A DNA stretch of 64,000 bases from positions 61,938,001-62,002,000 of the forward strand of contig CM059430.1 of the NCBI GenBank assembly GCA_030390025.1. Direction: 5' to 3'. The notes under the pieces are model-generated. The model saw only the letters and a program-made list of their open reading frames with translations. It made no database searches and was not told where the DNA came from. The translations under genes and the position numbers were made by a program. This document shows, one piece after another, positions 12,035-24,700 of this stretch; position 1 is the first letter of the stretch, and every line of letters begins with the position of its first letter. Source of the stretch: Squalus acanthias. Its lineage: Eukaryota.

Positions 12035-14060
12035 ACATAAGAACATAAGAAATAGATGCAGGAGCAGGCCATTCGGCCTCTCGAGCCTGCTCCGCCATTT
12101 AATGAGATCATGGCTGATCCGATTTTGGCCTTAACTCCACTTTCTGCCCGCTTCCCATAACCCTTGACTCCCCTGTTTCTCAAAAATCTGTCTACCTCAG
12201 CCTTGAATATATTCAATGACTCATTTTACACAGCGTTCTTGGATAAATAATTCCAAAGATTCACGACCCTCTGTGAGAAGAAATTCCTCCTCATCTCCGT
12301 CTTAAATGGCGACCCCTTATTCTGAGACTATGCCCCTCGTTCTAGATTCCCTGACGAGGGGAAACATCCCTCAGCATCTACACTGTCCAACCCCTTCAGA
12401 ATCTTATATGTTTCAATAAGATCACCTCTCATTCTTCTAAACTCCAATGAGTATAGGCCCAACTTGCTGAAGCTTTCCTCATAAGACAACCCTTCCATCC
12501 CAGGAATCAACCTTTTGAACCTTCTCTGAACTGCCCCCAATGCAAGTATATCCCTCCTTAAATAAATGGACCGAAACAGTACGTGTACTCTAGGTGTGAT
12601 CCCACCAGCTGTAGCAAGACTTCCCTACTTTTATAATCTATCCCCCTTGAAATAAAGTTCAACATTCCGTTTGCCTTCCTAATTACTTATTGCACCTGCA
12701 TGATAACTTTTTGTGTTTCACATACGATGACACCCAAATCTCTCTGTACCGCCGCATTCTGTAGTCTTTCTCCATTTAAATGCTATTTTTCTTTTCTATT
12801 CTTCCTACCAAAGTGGATAACTTCACATGTTCCCACATTATACTCGATCTGCCAAATTCTTGCCCACTCACTTAACCTATCTATATCCCTTTGCAGACCC
12901 TTTATGTCCTCCTCACAACTTGCTTCCCCACCTATCTTTGTATCATCCGCAAATTTGGCTACAATACATTTGCTTCCTTCATCCAAGTCATTAATATAGA
13001 TTGAAAATAGTTGAGGACCCAGCACTGATTCCTGTGGCACCCCACTAGTTACAGATGGCTATCCTGAAAATGACTCATTTATCCCAACTCTCTGTTTTCT
13101 GTTAGTTAACCAATCCTCTATCCAATCTAATATATTACCTCCAACACCATGAGCTCTTATCTTATGCAGCAACCTTTTAGGTGGCACCTTGTCGAATGCC
13201 TTTTGGAAATCCAAATACACTGCATCTACTGGTCCCCTTCATCCACCCTGCTCGTTACCTCCTCAAAGAACTCAAATATATTTGTCAAACACGATTTCCC
13301 TTTCAAAAAACCATGATGACTCTGTCTGATTATATTATCATTTTCTAAATGTCATGCTACTACTTCCCTAATCATGGATTCGAGCATCTTGCCAATGACA
13401 AATGTTAGGCTAACTGGCCTATAATTTCCTGCTTTCTGTCTCCCTCCTTTTTTGAATAAGAGCGTTACATTTGCGGTTTTCCAATCCGCAGGGATTTTTG
13501 CAGAGTGAAGGGAATTTTGGAAGATTACAACCAAAGCATCCACTATCTCTGTAGCCACTTATTTTATGAATGCAGACCATCAGGTCCAGGGGAGTTGTTA
13601 GCTTTAGACCCATAAGTTTGCCTCCAACTTTTTCTCAATGTTAATGATTGTTTTAAGTTCCTGCCTCCCTTGATTTTCTATTATAACCGGAATGTTTTTT
13701 GCGTCCTCTACTGTGAAGACAGATACAAAGTATTTGTTCAAATCCTCTGCCATTTCCGTGTTTCCCATTTTCCCCCAGTCTCGTCCTCTCAGGGACCAAC
13801 ATATATTTTAGCTACTCTCTTCTTTTTATATACTTGTAGAGGCTCCTGCTGTCTGTTTTAATATTTCTTGCTAGTTTACTCTCATAATCTATTTTCTCCC
13901 TCTTTAATATTTTTTACTCATTCTTTGCTGGTTTCTAAAATGTTCCCAATCTTCTGCCCTACCACTAATCTTTGCAAAGTTGTATGCCTTTTCTTTCAAT
14001 TTGATATCATCCTTAACTTCCTTGGTTAGCCATGGTTGGTTCATCCTTCTCTTCGAGTCT
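12035..14060 (-). mobile_element. CR1 LINE, 5'-truncated ORF2
   Basis: PQESVLGP, AKFADD, GNYRPVSLT and RRMRGDLIETYK fragments; (cttatgtt)n tail at 12035. Confidence 0.95.
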
Positions 14061-14926
14061 CAAAGCAATATTTTTCCTTCTCCACATCTGCTGCCTGGCC
14101 TGATCAGTATTTCCAGCATTTTCTGATTTTGTTTCATATTTACAGCATCTGCGGTATTTACTTTTTCAAAAAAGATGTTGATTCTTCTACCTTATCCCCA
14201 CTGATTATATAACGTAAATATTTGCCATATATTCCTCATAACTTCGGAACCAGTTCTAAGATACTTGCTTCCTTGTTTTCTCCTTAAACAATGCAATCTT
14301 TTGTAAAACTTGTCGTAATTCTCAACAGCATAACTTGAAGCCTCTTAGATTTGGACAGTTACGGCAAGAAATGTTTTACAGTAGAAACATATGCGAAAAT
14401 TCGGTGTTGTACTTTTAAAATCTGATTACGTTACAGACCTTCGTTTGAATTAGTTTGGCCTGTGATATAAATGTCTTCGCAATTGCTAGGTCAAATAAAT
14501 GTATAATGATGTACTTCAGTTCCCTCGAGAACACCGAATAAATAAGAAAACCATAATCTGATTTTAAGTGAAAAGTTGATAAATGTTCGAAGCAGAAGAA
14601 GATATAGGGTTCCAGAAAGCGAAAGGGTGCTGGCATTAGTTTTGGGCTTGCTCTATCATTAAGCCAGCATGGACGCGATGTGTGAAACGCTGTCCCTTTG
14701 TGCTGTAAGCTTCTATGGCTTCACTGTCTTTCGCTTCTGCAATTGTGGGGTTAAATTACACTACTTGGATTCGAATATTAAAATTGCGACACCAACGCTC
14801 TCTTCCGTTTAATTCACAGAAACAATAACGATTTGTTTCGAAAGTAACACTAATATTTTATAAAGTCCCTTCCTTTGATACAAAAAAGAGAAACGGCGTC
14901 CTGAATATCTTTCTTCTTTCCATATG

Positions 14927-15155
14927 AGGCGCTGTTCCTCGCGCTTCTGTTGAGCTTTACTGGAACTGTGTAGGATGCCGAGGACAGAGAGGTCAGAGTG
15001 AGAGTGGGACGGAGAATTAAAATGACAAGCGACCGGAAGTTCAGGGTCAACCTTGCGTGCGTAACGGTGGTGTTCATCAAAGCGATCACCCAATCGGCGT
15101 TTCTCTCTCCACAGATACTCCCTGAACTGCTGAGCATTTCAAGCATATTCTGTAA
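14927..15155 (-). mobile_element. Penelope-like element fragment (GIY-YIG endonuclease C-terminal region plus terminal repeat)
   Basis: GDRFDEH...PELPVACHFNSPSHSHSDLSVLG...REEQRLI is typical of Penelope endonuclease C-termini. It adjoins the tctctccacaga..ctgctgag terminal repeat. Confidence 0.75.
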
Positions 15156-15554
15156 CTATTTACCGTTCTCAGTTTTCCCTCTAATAATCGTAAGGATTTG
15201 AAGACCATGTCATTCATTGTCATTATAATTGTCATTATCGAATCACTGTGTCTTGTTTTCTCTGTCATTCCTTTTACTTTGGTGTTGTATCGCTTTGTAG
15301 CCACTGGTTGTTCTCCAGAGCTTGAGTTTGTTATATTTTTGTTTTAAAGTTGTTCGTAGAGCATTCGAAGTTAAGACAGTCCATTCTATTGCTATTGACG
15401 CCGACACAATAACTCAGAAAGTTCTATTTGCTAACACAATTGACATGGCCAGCAATATCATTCAGCATAATTTACTGTGATCGTTATGTTCTATTAAGGG
15501 TCATTTGCAACAGATATACGGAATACCGGATTGTCTGGTACACAAGAAGAAAAC

Positions 15555-15737
15555 GGCGATGCTGGAAATCTGAAATAAAAACAGAAAATGCTGGAAACAC
15601 TCAGCGAGTCAGGCAGGATCTGTGGAGAGAGAAAAAGAGTTAACGTTTCAGGTCGATCAGTTCATGTTAAGTCCACTTCCATCTCCACAGATGTTGCCGG
15701 ACCTGTTAAGCGTTTCCAGCAGTTTCTGGTTTTAATA
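15555..15737. repeat. Degenerate Penelope-derived hairpin repeat
   Basis: acagaaaatgctggaaacactcag...tctgtggaga followed by its imperfect reverse complement. Same family as 34500-34672, 14080, 49540, 59230 and 60900. Confidence 0.7.
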
Positions 15738-15869
15738 CGGGATTTCTTGGTGTGGACTTGTGCTGACTTCAGATAATATTGGGTATCGAGATGTGTCGGT
15801 AATCCAAATGAAGCACAGACTTCCATCCCACTCTTCACACTCGGTCACCGGCACTCTAGTTTAAGGTGT

Positions 15870-17384
15870 GTATACACCATCATTTGACAATCCTCTCTGG
15901 CTTCAGGTGAGGTGCCGGAGGACTGGAGGACTGCTAATGTGGTACCCTTGTTTAAAAAGGGTGAAAAGGCTAGACCGAGTAATTACAGTCCAGTCAACCT
16001 AACCTCGGTGGTGGGAAAATTATTGGAAAGAATTCTGAAGAACAGGATACATCTTCATTTAGAAAGACACGGATTAATCAAGGATAGCTAGCACGGATTT
16101 GTTAAGGGAAGGTCGCGTCTGACAAACGTGATTGAATTTTTTGAGGAGGTAACAAGGAGAGTAGATGAGGGTAGTGCGTTTGATGTAGTGTATATGGACT
16201 TTAGCAAGGCTTTTGATAAGTTTCCACATGGCAGACTGGTCACGAAGTTAAAACCCATGGGATCTAGGGCAAAGTGTCAAGTTGGGTTCAAAACTGGCTC
16301 GGAGGCAGGAAGCAGAGCGTAATGGTTGATAGGTGTTTTTGTGACTGGAAGGCTGTATCCTTTGGGGTTCCGCAGGCCTCAGTACTAGGTCCCTTGCTTT
16401 TTGTGGTATATATCAATGATCTAGACTTGAATACAGGGGGTATGATTAGGAAATTTGCAGTTGATACTAAAATCAGCTGTGAGGTTGATACTGAAGAAGG
16501 ACGCTGTAGACTGCATGAGACATCCATAAATTGTTCAGGTGGGCAGAACAGTGGCAAATGGAATTAAATCCGGAGAAATGTAAGGTATTGCATTTCGGGA
16601 GGGCTAACAAGGAAAGGATATACACATTAAATGGTAGGACACTGAGTAGTTTAGAGGAACGAAGGGAGCCTTGGAGTGCATGTCCAGATATCCCTGAAGG
16701 TAGTAGGCCAGGTAGGTAAGGTGGTTAAGAAGACATAGTGAATGCTTCTCTTTATTAGCCGTGGCATAGAATGCAAGTCTCAGGGGGGTTGTGCTTCAAC
16801 TGTATAAAACACTAGTTAGGCCTCAGCTAGAGTACTGCGTGCAGTTCTGATCACCACATTACAGGAAAGATGTGATTGCACTAGAGAGGGTACAAAGGAG
16901 ATTTAGAAGGATGTTGCCGGGAGTAGAGATCTTAGCTATGAGGAAAGACTGGAGAGGCTGGGTTTGTTTTCCTTGGAACAGAGGAGGCTGAGGGGCGTCC
17001 TTATTGAGGTGTATAGAATTATGAGGGGCCTATATAAAGAGGATAGAAAGGACCTATTTCCCTTAGCAGAGGGGTCAAAAACAAGGGGAGAACTGATTTA
17101 AAGTATTTGGTGGGAAGTTTAGAGGGGATTTGAGAGGAAATTTATTCTCCCAGATGGTTGTGGTGCTCGGGAAATCACTGCCTGAAAGGGAGGTAGAGGC
17201 AGAAACCCTAACCACATTTAAAAAGTACTTGGATGTGCACTTGGGATGCTGTAACCTGCAGGGCTACGGACAAAGAGCTGGAAAGTGGGATTAGGCTGGA
17301 TAGCTCTTTGCTGGCTGGCGCGGACACGATAGGCCGAAATGGTATCGTTCCGTGCTGTAACTTTCTATGATTCTATGATTCTAT
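15870..17384 (+). mobile_element. CR1 LINE, 5'-truncated ORF2
   Basis: VYMDFSKAFDK, GVPQASVLGP, and (ttctatga)n tail. Confidence 0.93.
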
Positions 17385-17487
17385 ACGCACACGTCATTGT
17401 CTCACAGATCAAATTATCTCGAAACCATTTTTCCGCCAAACAATGCGAGTTTTGTGCTCATTGTCGACAAGGTGCCAGTTTCTATCA

Positions 17488-17841
17488 ATGAGTCGGTTTT
17501 GGTTCAGTGCATGCAGTTCATTGGAATCACTTTTCCAGGTATTTTCCATTGTTGTCTCTCTCTGTGTGGATATGATGCTGTGTTCGAAGTGGTCCAAGTT
17601 CTTAAAGAACCAATGTGATCGCGTTCTATTACATCCTCTCCTCTCTTTTTCAACAAAATTCACATCTGAATGTCTCTATTGGTGGAGATATGCCGAAAGC
17701 GTGTTTCTTTTAACAGGCTCAGACAGAAGGGAACAATTTCGTGTACTGAACTGAGGATGGATTGAGGAGTCGATTGCTGCTGAGCGAGGCAACCGGTAAA
17801 AAGAATCCAAAGCGGAAATGGATCAAAGCTTGTTGTCCATG
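17488..17841 (+). pseudogene. Decayed leader + VJ-type V exon, paralogue of the minus-strand IgSF gene
   Basis: Leader MSRFWF..FIGITFP(G)|gt (frameshifted) vs MLSSVWFLLLFLSLPGIIYT(G)|gt. V pieces in three frames: DAVFEVVQ, YWWRYAESVFLLTGSDRREQF (cf. RWWKQGENEYLQTGADNRKRF), D*GVDCC (cf. DSGIYHC) and GNGSKLVVH (cf. GTGSHLTVC). The 5' UTR region also resembles rc 51005-50905. Confidence 0.85.
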
Positions 17842-19356
17842 GCGCGTGACATTCTAGACAGCGGGGGCGCTGCGATTCCTCACGGTTATAGGAAAATATT
17901 TTACAAAATACAGTAGGCAAGATTCGTATATTTCTATAAGCATATATTAGATATTTTCGAGGCTATGGCTCATTAATATTTATGCTATACCATTAACAGT
18001 GGAAATCTAAAATCAAGTCTACAAATTCGAATTACGAAGCACATGTACCGAATTGTGTGACAATGTTAAATTATTTCAATTATTTAATCTTTGGTATTGT
18101 TTCAGTTATATCAATTTGCACATTCCGCGTTTTTACCGTACAATAGACACTATGATATAATTTGAAAAAATGTTCAAGTTCGAATCATCTCTATAATCAA
18201 AATAGTCTGCGAGCTCTTGACTCTTCCAGACTCAGCGGCAACTGAATCCACTTCTCTCAGGCGGTTTGTATTCACTAGATGTTCAGCTCTAAGACCTGCA
18301 TTTCCTCAAACTAACTCAAAAATAAAACAGGCACATTTTTGAAAGAACCCAGAGTTGTGCAATCTTTTGTCCTGATCTGAAACCTTTGAAAGTGAGGTTC
18401 TTTTTATTCATAAAGCCTCTATGGATTTAGACATTTATCCAAATTGTACAGATAACACCAGCCAACTAGCACCTGACTGGAAATTGTTAGATCAACTGAG
18501 CAGGTAAATTCACATTTATAGGTTGTTACACGAGATAAATCACTGGTTGGTTTTATTAATGTCTAATGAAAGTACAACCAAATCTATACGTCTATATGTT
18601 TAAACAACGGCTATCTATCAGGGTCTGCAAACTGCTAACCAACCCAGGCGAGTCCACAATGGGAAATATCAAATAACCACTGAAAACATTGCCTATTTTT
18701 AGACATTAAACACAGTTCAAGCAGTGTCAGTCGCATTGCTCTGAAACTATACAATCTGAGGTTATTGTCCTGTGACCTGACGTATCATACGCTACTGCAA
18801 CAGTAGATGGCAATGTTGCACTGCATAAACTTCATTCTCACCGGAATGTGAGACACGTTTAACTTTTTATCAGTAAAGGATAAGACAGTTTTGCATAGTT
18901 CTATATACCACATCTTTGCAGAATAATAATAATTTAAATCTGAAATGCTAGCTCCATACTAGCCAGAATTCTTTACTTAAATGATTATTAAATTGTCTTA
19001 AACGGACAATACTTTCTGTCTGCACATTTTAACGGCCTAATTTAAGCCATGTGTTAGCCTGTATCACACAGATTACATTCTCATAATAAAAAAATATTAA
19101 TACTGACTTCTGTATTGTTAAACTATTTTCATTATTTCGCCCAGATGTTCTAAGCTTTCTACTGAATCACGCCTAATACACGTCTGTGCTTTCTACACTT
19201 TCAACTTTACTGTTGCCCTCTGTGCAAAGTACCCTGTAAAACCGTTTACTTATGCGAAGTTGTTAAACTATACACTGAGCGGCGAGAGCGGGAGCTGAGA
19301 TAAAGCGAAGAGAGCGGGTGCTGAGATAAAGCGGAGACAGTAGAAACTGAGAAGTT

Positions 19357-19777
19357 TATTTTTAGCCACTTTAAAACATTTAAATTGATTTTGCAAAAAC
19401 ATTCAATTTTTGTTTTAAATACTTAATTACATGGCATTTTAATTAATTTCAAATATGTAATTTTTTTTATTGCTATGACGTGTAGATCTATTTTTTCGGG
19501 TATTGCCATTCATGCTTATGGTGTTTCCGTACATACGGAATCCGCACAAGCATGATTGGGGACTCCCTTCTTTTATTGGTTAGGCTGGTCCACGTGATCC
19601 CAGGGGCGCTTGCTAACCACATGCGCCCCTGAGTTACATGAACCTATACCCGCGGGTACCCGGAGAGTCCCTGCACCGCAAATCTCCGTACCTCCCGGAC
19701 CACCAGGTACGCGGGCATTTTATTTGCGCATCCTAGGCATTTCCTGATGGAAATCCTTCGACCGCAAATTCAGGGCC
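19357..19777. mobile_element. Partial MITE inside the CR1 5' region
   Basis: AT-rich then CpG-rich block ending gcaaattcagggcc, a GGCCC-type TIR. The left TIR is not seen. Confidence 0.5.
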
Positions 19778-20880
19778 ATTAGAGATTGCAAGCTATGCGT
19801 CGGGACTGCGGTATGTGGCAGTTAGTGAACAGTGAGAGTGCCCCGGATTCCCACATCTGCAGAATATGTCTCTGCCTTGAGTCACTCCGGCTCAGAGTCA
19901 TTGAACTGGAGTGCAAGTTAGAGAAACTCTGAAATATAAGGGAAGGGCCAACATTTCTGGATAGTTTCATTCAGACCAATCACACCCCAGAGGAAAGCAC
20001 AGGTTCAGGAAGGGAAAGGTGTGACTGTTAGGGAGCAGGCTAGCCTAGAGACACTGTTCTTGTTGAACAGTTACAATGTTCTCACTACCTCTAAGGACAA
20101 GGAGAAAGTCTGCAGGGAGGATAGACACAACACAGTCGAAGGCACCGTGGCTCAGAAGTCTGGTCCAAGCAGGGGAAGAGCAGAATAGAAATGTGGTAGT
20201 GATAGTGGATTCTATAATTAGGGGGATTGATAGCGTCCTCTGCAGCCATGAACGTCAGTCCCAAAGGGTATGTCACCTACCTGGTGCCAGGGTAAGGGAT
20301 ATCTCGAGATGGCTGGAGAGGAATTTGGAAAGGGAGGAGGTAAAACCGATTGTTTTGATCCATGTTGGAACAAACTACATAGGTAGGTGCAGGGAGGAGG
20401 TCCTGTTGAGGGAATATCAGGAATCAGGAACTAAATTAAAATGCAGGACCTCAAGGGTAATAATCTCTTGATTATTTCTTGAGCCACGTGCAAATTGGCA
20501 TAGAGACAGACAAATCAGGCAAGTTAACACATGGCTAAAGGGCTACTTAGGGAAAGACAGGTTCCTTTTCATGGGGCACTGACACCAATACTGGGACAGG
20601 AAGTAGCTGTGCTGATGCGACAGGCTCCACCTGAAGCGGAGTGGGACCAGTGCCCCAGCAGAAAAGGGAAATATGGAGGTTGCGAAGGCTTTAGAGTAAT
20701 ACGAAGGGTGGGGTTGGTGGTTGCGGGGGGGGGGGGGGTGGTGGTGGTGTGGAGAGGGATCTACAAGAAATTAAACAAGCTTAAATATAAACGAAACAGG
20801 AAAGGAGAGCTTGGGACAGACTAAACTAAGGGAGGACATAAATGGCCAGGTAATAAATAGAGTTATGGAACAGGAATCTA

Positions 20881-21596
20881 GGCCCAGAACTTGCGGTCCT
20901 GATGACGGTGAACTGGCAGCTTTCGTTATGAATTCACCTTTGAAACTGGTCGCAACTTCAGGATTTAGCGCATACGCCATACACTGCTCCTCCACAGACG
21001 GCGCTGTGCCCCCCTCCACAGAGTCAGTGAAATCTCTCAAACCATGGAAACTGAAGAAAAGTTCGTTCTTCCGCAGTAATTATGCTGTTAAATTCCCCAC
21101 TAAAAGTTAGACCCAAAGATTAGAGATTAGATGTAACTTCGGTTTTGACAGCGTATTGGCTGCTCAACAAAGGTTATGGCCGTGAAAACTAATTTTAATT
21201 TTGTGTAGCATCAAATTTATGCATTTTAATAAAGATTAAATTTTTAAGAAACCTTTAAAGAAAAAGTTAGTTTATCTTTATTTCAGGGTTGGCTTTTCCC
21301 CATTTCAGAGCCCCAATCTTTGTTTTGCTCTCTCTAACATTTTTAAAACGTTGGACTTTTAAGAACTTACTCACTTCCTTCTTCGCTGTCTGTGACAATT
21401 CTTCATTTTGATTGGCTGCTTAGACAGCTTGTTGACATCACAGCAGCTCGCACTGTGGGATTCCCACTATACAACGTTGAATTGAATTATACATCGGAAA
21501 ACCCGAACTTCTTGACACAGAGATCACAAGATGTTTGCGCAAAGTTTATTTCAGGGCTCTGCCGAATGCCTTTGCTTATAACTGCAAATTCTGGAC
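20881..21596. mobile_element. MITE inserted between CR1 ORF1 and ORF2
   Basis: Termini ggcccagaacttgcggt / actgcaaattctggac form an imperfect inverted repeat around an AT-rich core. Confidence 0.7.
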
Positions 21597-21773
21597 AAAC
21601 AAAGTGAGAGGAACTGCTATTAAAAATGAGATAAACTCTTTGTACAGCAATGCACACAGTGCCCGCAATAAAAGAGGGGAGCTGGAGGCAATGATACATT
21701 GTGAGGAACCGGTTTTGTGTGGATTACTGAGTCATGGCTACAGACATTTCAGGAGTTAAACTTTGCAGGGTAT

Positions 21774-24700
21774 TGTGGCGGATCGCCACCTAAACGGGCA
21801 TTCCACTTTGCTGTCCGTGGACAATATATCGAGAACCTTGCCTTTAAGGCACCTTGCCTTTAAGGCAGGAGAGAAGAAGTGGGCAGGGCCTCAGGGATTT
21901 TCCAGAGAATTCTGGGAGCAGTCTGTTCAGCCATTTTGGACCATGCAGTTGTATTAAAAAGTCTCTGTTTTTCCACACGTGGATTCAGTCTTAATTTGTG
22001 TTTCGCGGCAGCCTCAACATTGGTAACTCCGACGCTCAGAACATATTCCGAGCACTGCAATGGCGAACACGAACACAGTTTCCATGAAACTGCCGGAGTT
22101 TTGGGAAAACCAGCCCGAAGCCTGGTTTCTCCAAACTGAATCCCGCTTCCGGCTGCGAAACATGACCACAGATGGGACGCAGTACGACTACCTCGTCACA
22201 TCACTCGGTAGCGCCACAGTTTCGAAGGTTTGGATAGCGCTGCAGAACCCACCAGAGGAAGGCAAGAATGCACATCTCAAGGCAGCGCTCCTTCAAAAAT
22301 TTTCGGCCTCGGCATATCAGCGAAACTGCCACCTCCTCGACCTTCCAGGCCTCGGTGATGCCTCACTGTCAGACCTCCTCTCCCACATGCTGTCCCTCAC
22401 TGACGAGAGCCCACCCGGATCCCTCTTCTGCACACTGTTCATCCGCAAGCTCCCTCTCAGCATCCGCCCAGTGATCGTGGCGTCCGGCCTCACGAACCTG
22501 GAAGCCCTGGCCGATGAGGCCGAGAAGCTGCTGTCCGCTCACTTCAGCCATGACGTCACTCCGGACCTGGCAGCCAATGCCTGGGAGCGCCCCTCACCGG
22601 CCACCACGCGGCCAGAAGGACCAGCCACCAGGCCCACGGGGCCTTCGCACCCCACTAACCCGGGCCACTGTTACTACCATGCACGGTTCGGCACCAGGGC
22701 ACAACAGTGCACACCTCCCTGCTCGTTCAAGTCCGCCTCCGTACCAGCCCCCGCGATGGCCGTGGGCCACGCGGGCTCCCTGCTGTACGTCACGGATGAC
22801 AAAACTGGCCGCCGGTTCCAGTGCGACACTGGGGCTCAGCACAGCATCATCCCGGCCTCCTCCCTCGACATCCAAAAGGGTGAACGAGGACCGGCGCTGG
22901 CTGCTGCTAACAGCTCGGAAATCCAGATGTATGGCACCCGGACAGTCACCCTCGACCTCGCTGGTCGCCGCTACAGATGGGAGTTCATCACTGCCAAGGT
23001 GTTCTCCCCTCTCATCGGTGCAGATTTCCTGTGCGCCCACGGCCTACTGGTAGACATCCCTCATCACCGCTTCGTGGACATGAACACCATGTCCCCCATC
23101 CTGGGCGCCATGGCCCCCCGTCAACCCGCCGACATGGCGTCACAGTGCCACGCCCGGGCCACGGACGACTACTCGGCACTCCTGGCCGAATTCCCGGCCC
23201 TTACCAATCCGACCTTCTCCGCGGAGGCCGCCAAAAACGGGGTGGAACACTTCATCCCCACCACAGGCCCCCCAGTGTATGCCCACGCCCGCAGGCTGGA
23301 CCCGGCCAAACTGGAGATCGCGCGGACCGAGTTTGCCACCATGGAACAGCTCGGCATCATCCTCCGCTCCAACAGTCCCTCGGCCTCCCCACTCCACATC
23401 GTCCCCAAACCAGGCGGAGGTTGGCGCCCCTGCGGGGATTAGCGCCGCCTCAACGACGCCACCATCCCTGATCGGTACCCCGTGCTGCACATTCAGGACT
23501 TCTCGGCTAGACTGGCTGGCCACTCAGTCTTTTCCAAGGTCGACCTGGTGCGCGGATACCACCAAGTCCCCGTCCACCCCGCGGACGTCCCCAAGACAGT
23601 TGTAATCACCCCCTTCGGCCTGTTCGAGTTCCTGCGGATGCCATTCGGCCTCAAAAACGCGGCACAGGCATTCCAACGGCTCATGGACTTGGTACTTCGG
23701 GACCTGAAGTTCCTGTTTGTCTACCTGGATGACATCCTGGTAGCCAGTTCCTCCAAGCAGGAACACCTCGAACACGTTCGCATCCTGTTCGGGCACCTCA
23801 GTGACCACGGGCTCATCCTCAGCCCATCCAAATGCCAGTTCAGCCTGGACAAGATCGACTATCTCGGCCACCACATCACCCATGCTGGGGCCATTCCCCT
23901 GCCCACCAAGATGCAGGCCGTCCAACAATTTCCCCGCCCCACCACCATCAAAGGCCTCCAGGAGTTCCTCGTGATGGTGAATTTCTATAACCGCTTCATC
24001 CCCAAAGCAGCATCCCTCATGAGGCCCCTGTATGAAGCCCTCCGGGGCAGGAGCGGCAAGATGGCGGTCGAATGGACGGCAGACGCGTCCGCCGCCTTCG
24101 ACTCCACCAAGACCGCGCTCGCCAACGCTACCCTGGTCGCGCACCCATGGCCCAATGCCACGGTAGCGCTCACCACGGACGCCTCCGACCACGCGGTCGA
24201 CGCCGTGTATGAGCAGTGGGGCAACGGAGCCTGGCAACCACTTGCCTTCTTCAGCCGCGAACCATGCACCCCGGAGGTGAACTACAGCACCTTCGACCGC
24301 GAGCTCCTCCCGCTGTTCCTGGCGGTTCACCATTTTCGGTTTTTGCTTGAGGGGCACCCCTTCACTGCGTTTGTCGACCAAAAGCCCCTGACATTAGCAA
24401 TGGCAAAGACAACCGACCCCTGGTCCGCCAGGCAGCAGCGCCAGCTCGCGGCAGTGTCCGAGTTCACCACAGACATCCAACACGTCTGTGGCCGAGACAA
24501 TGTGGTAGCTGACTGCCTCTCCTGCCCTGCCATCCATGTCGCACACCTGGCAGTCGAGTACGCTCAACTCGCAGCAGACCAGATCACCGACCCTGATCTG
24601 CTCTCCGCACCTACCAACCTACCAGGGCTACGCCTGGCCGACGTCGCCTGTGGCCCGACTGCAGTCACGGTCAAGTGCGACATATCCCTCTGTCAACCTC

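Larger units (their letters stand above)
5785..14925 (+). repeat. Left arm of an old inverted segmental duplication (upstream region of the IgSF paralogue)
   Basis: Non-TE blocks 5785-5920, 6350-6520, 6840-7190, 9520-10125, 10635-10915 and 14080-14925 match the reverse complement of 62892-59400 collinearly. Example: atgttcgacttatcacgtagtctgat at 6938 and its reverse complement at ~62150. Confidence 0.92.

Noticed and set aside
19275-19345. Short spaced direct repeats (gctgagataaagcg) as a CRISPR-like array
   Set aside because: Only 2-3 units without unique spacers, in eukaryotic DNA; they fit CR1 5' UTR tandem repeats.
23524-24381. 285-aa and other long antisense or alternative-frame ORFs within the Gypsy element
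   Set aside because: Shadow ORFs expected from GC-rich coding sequence; no recognisable motifs.
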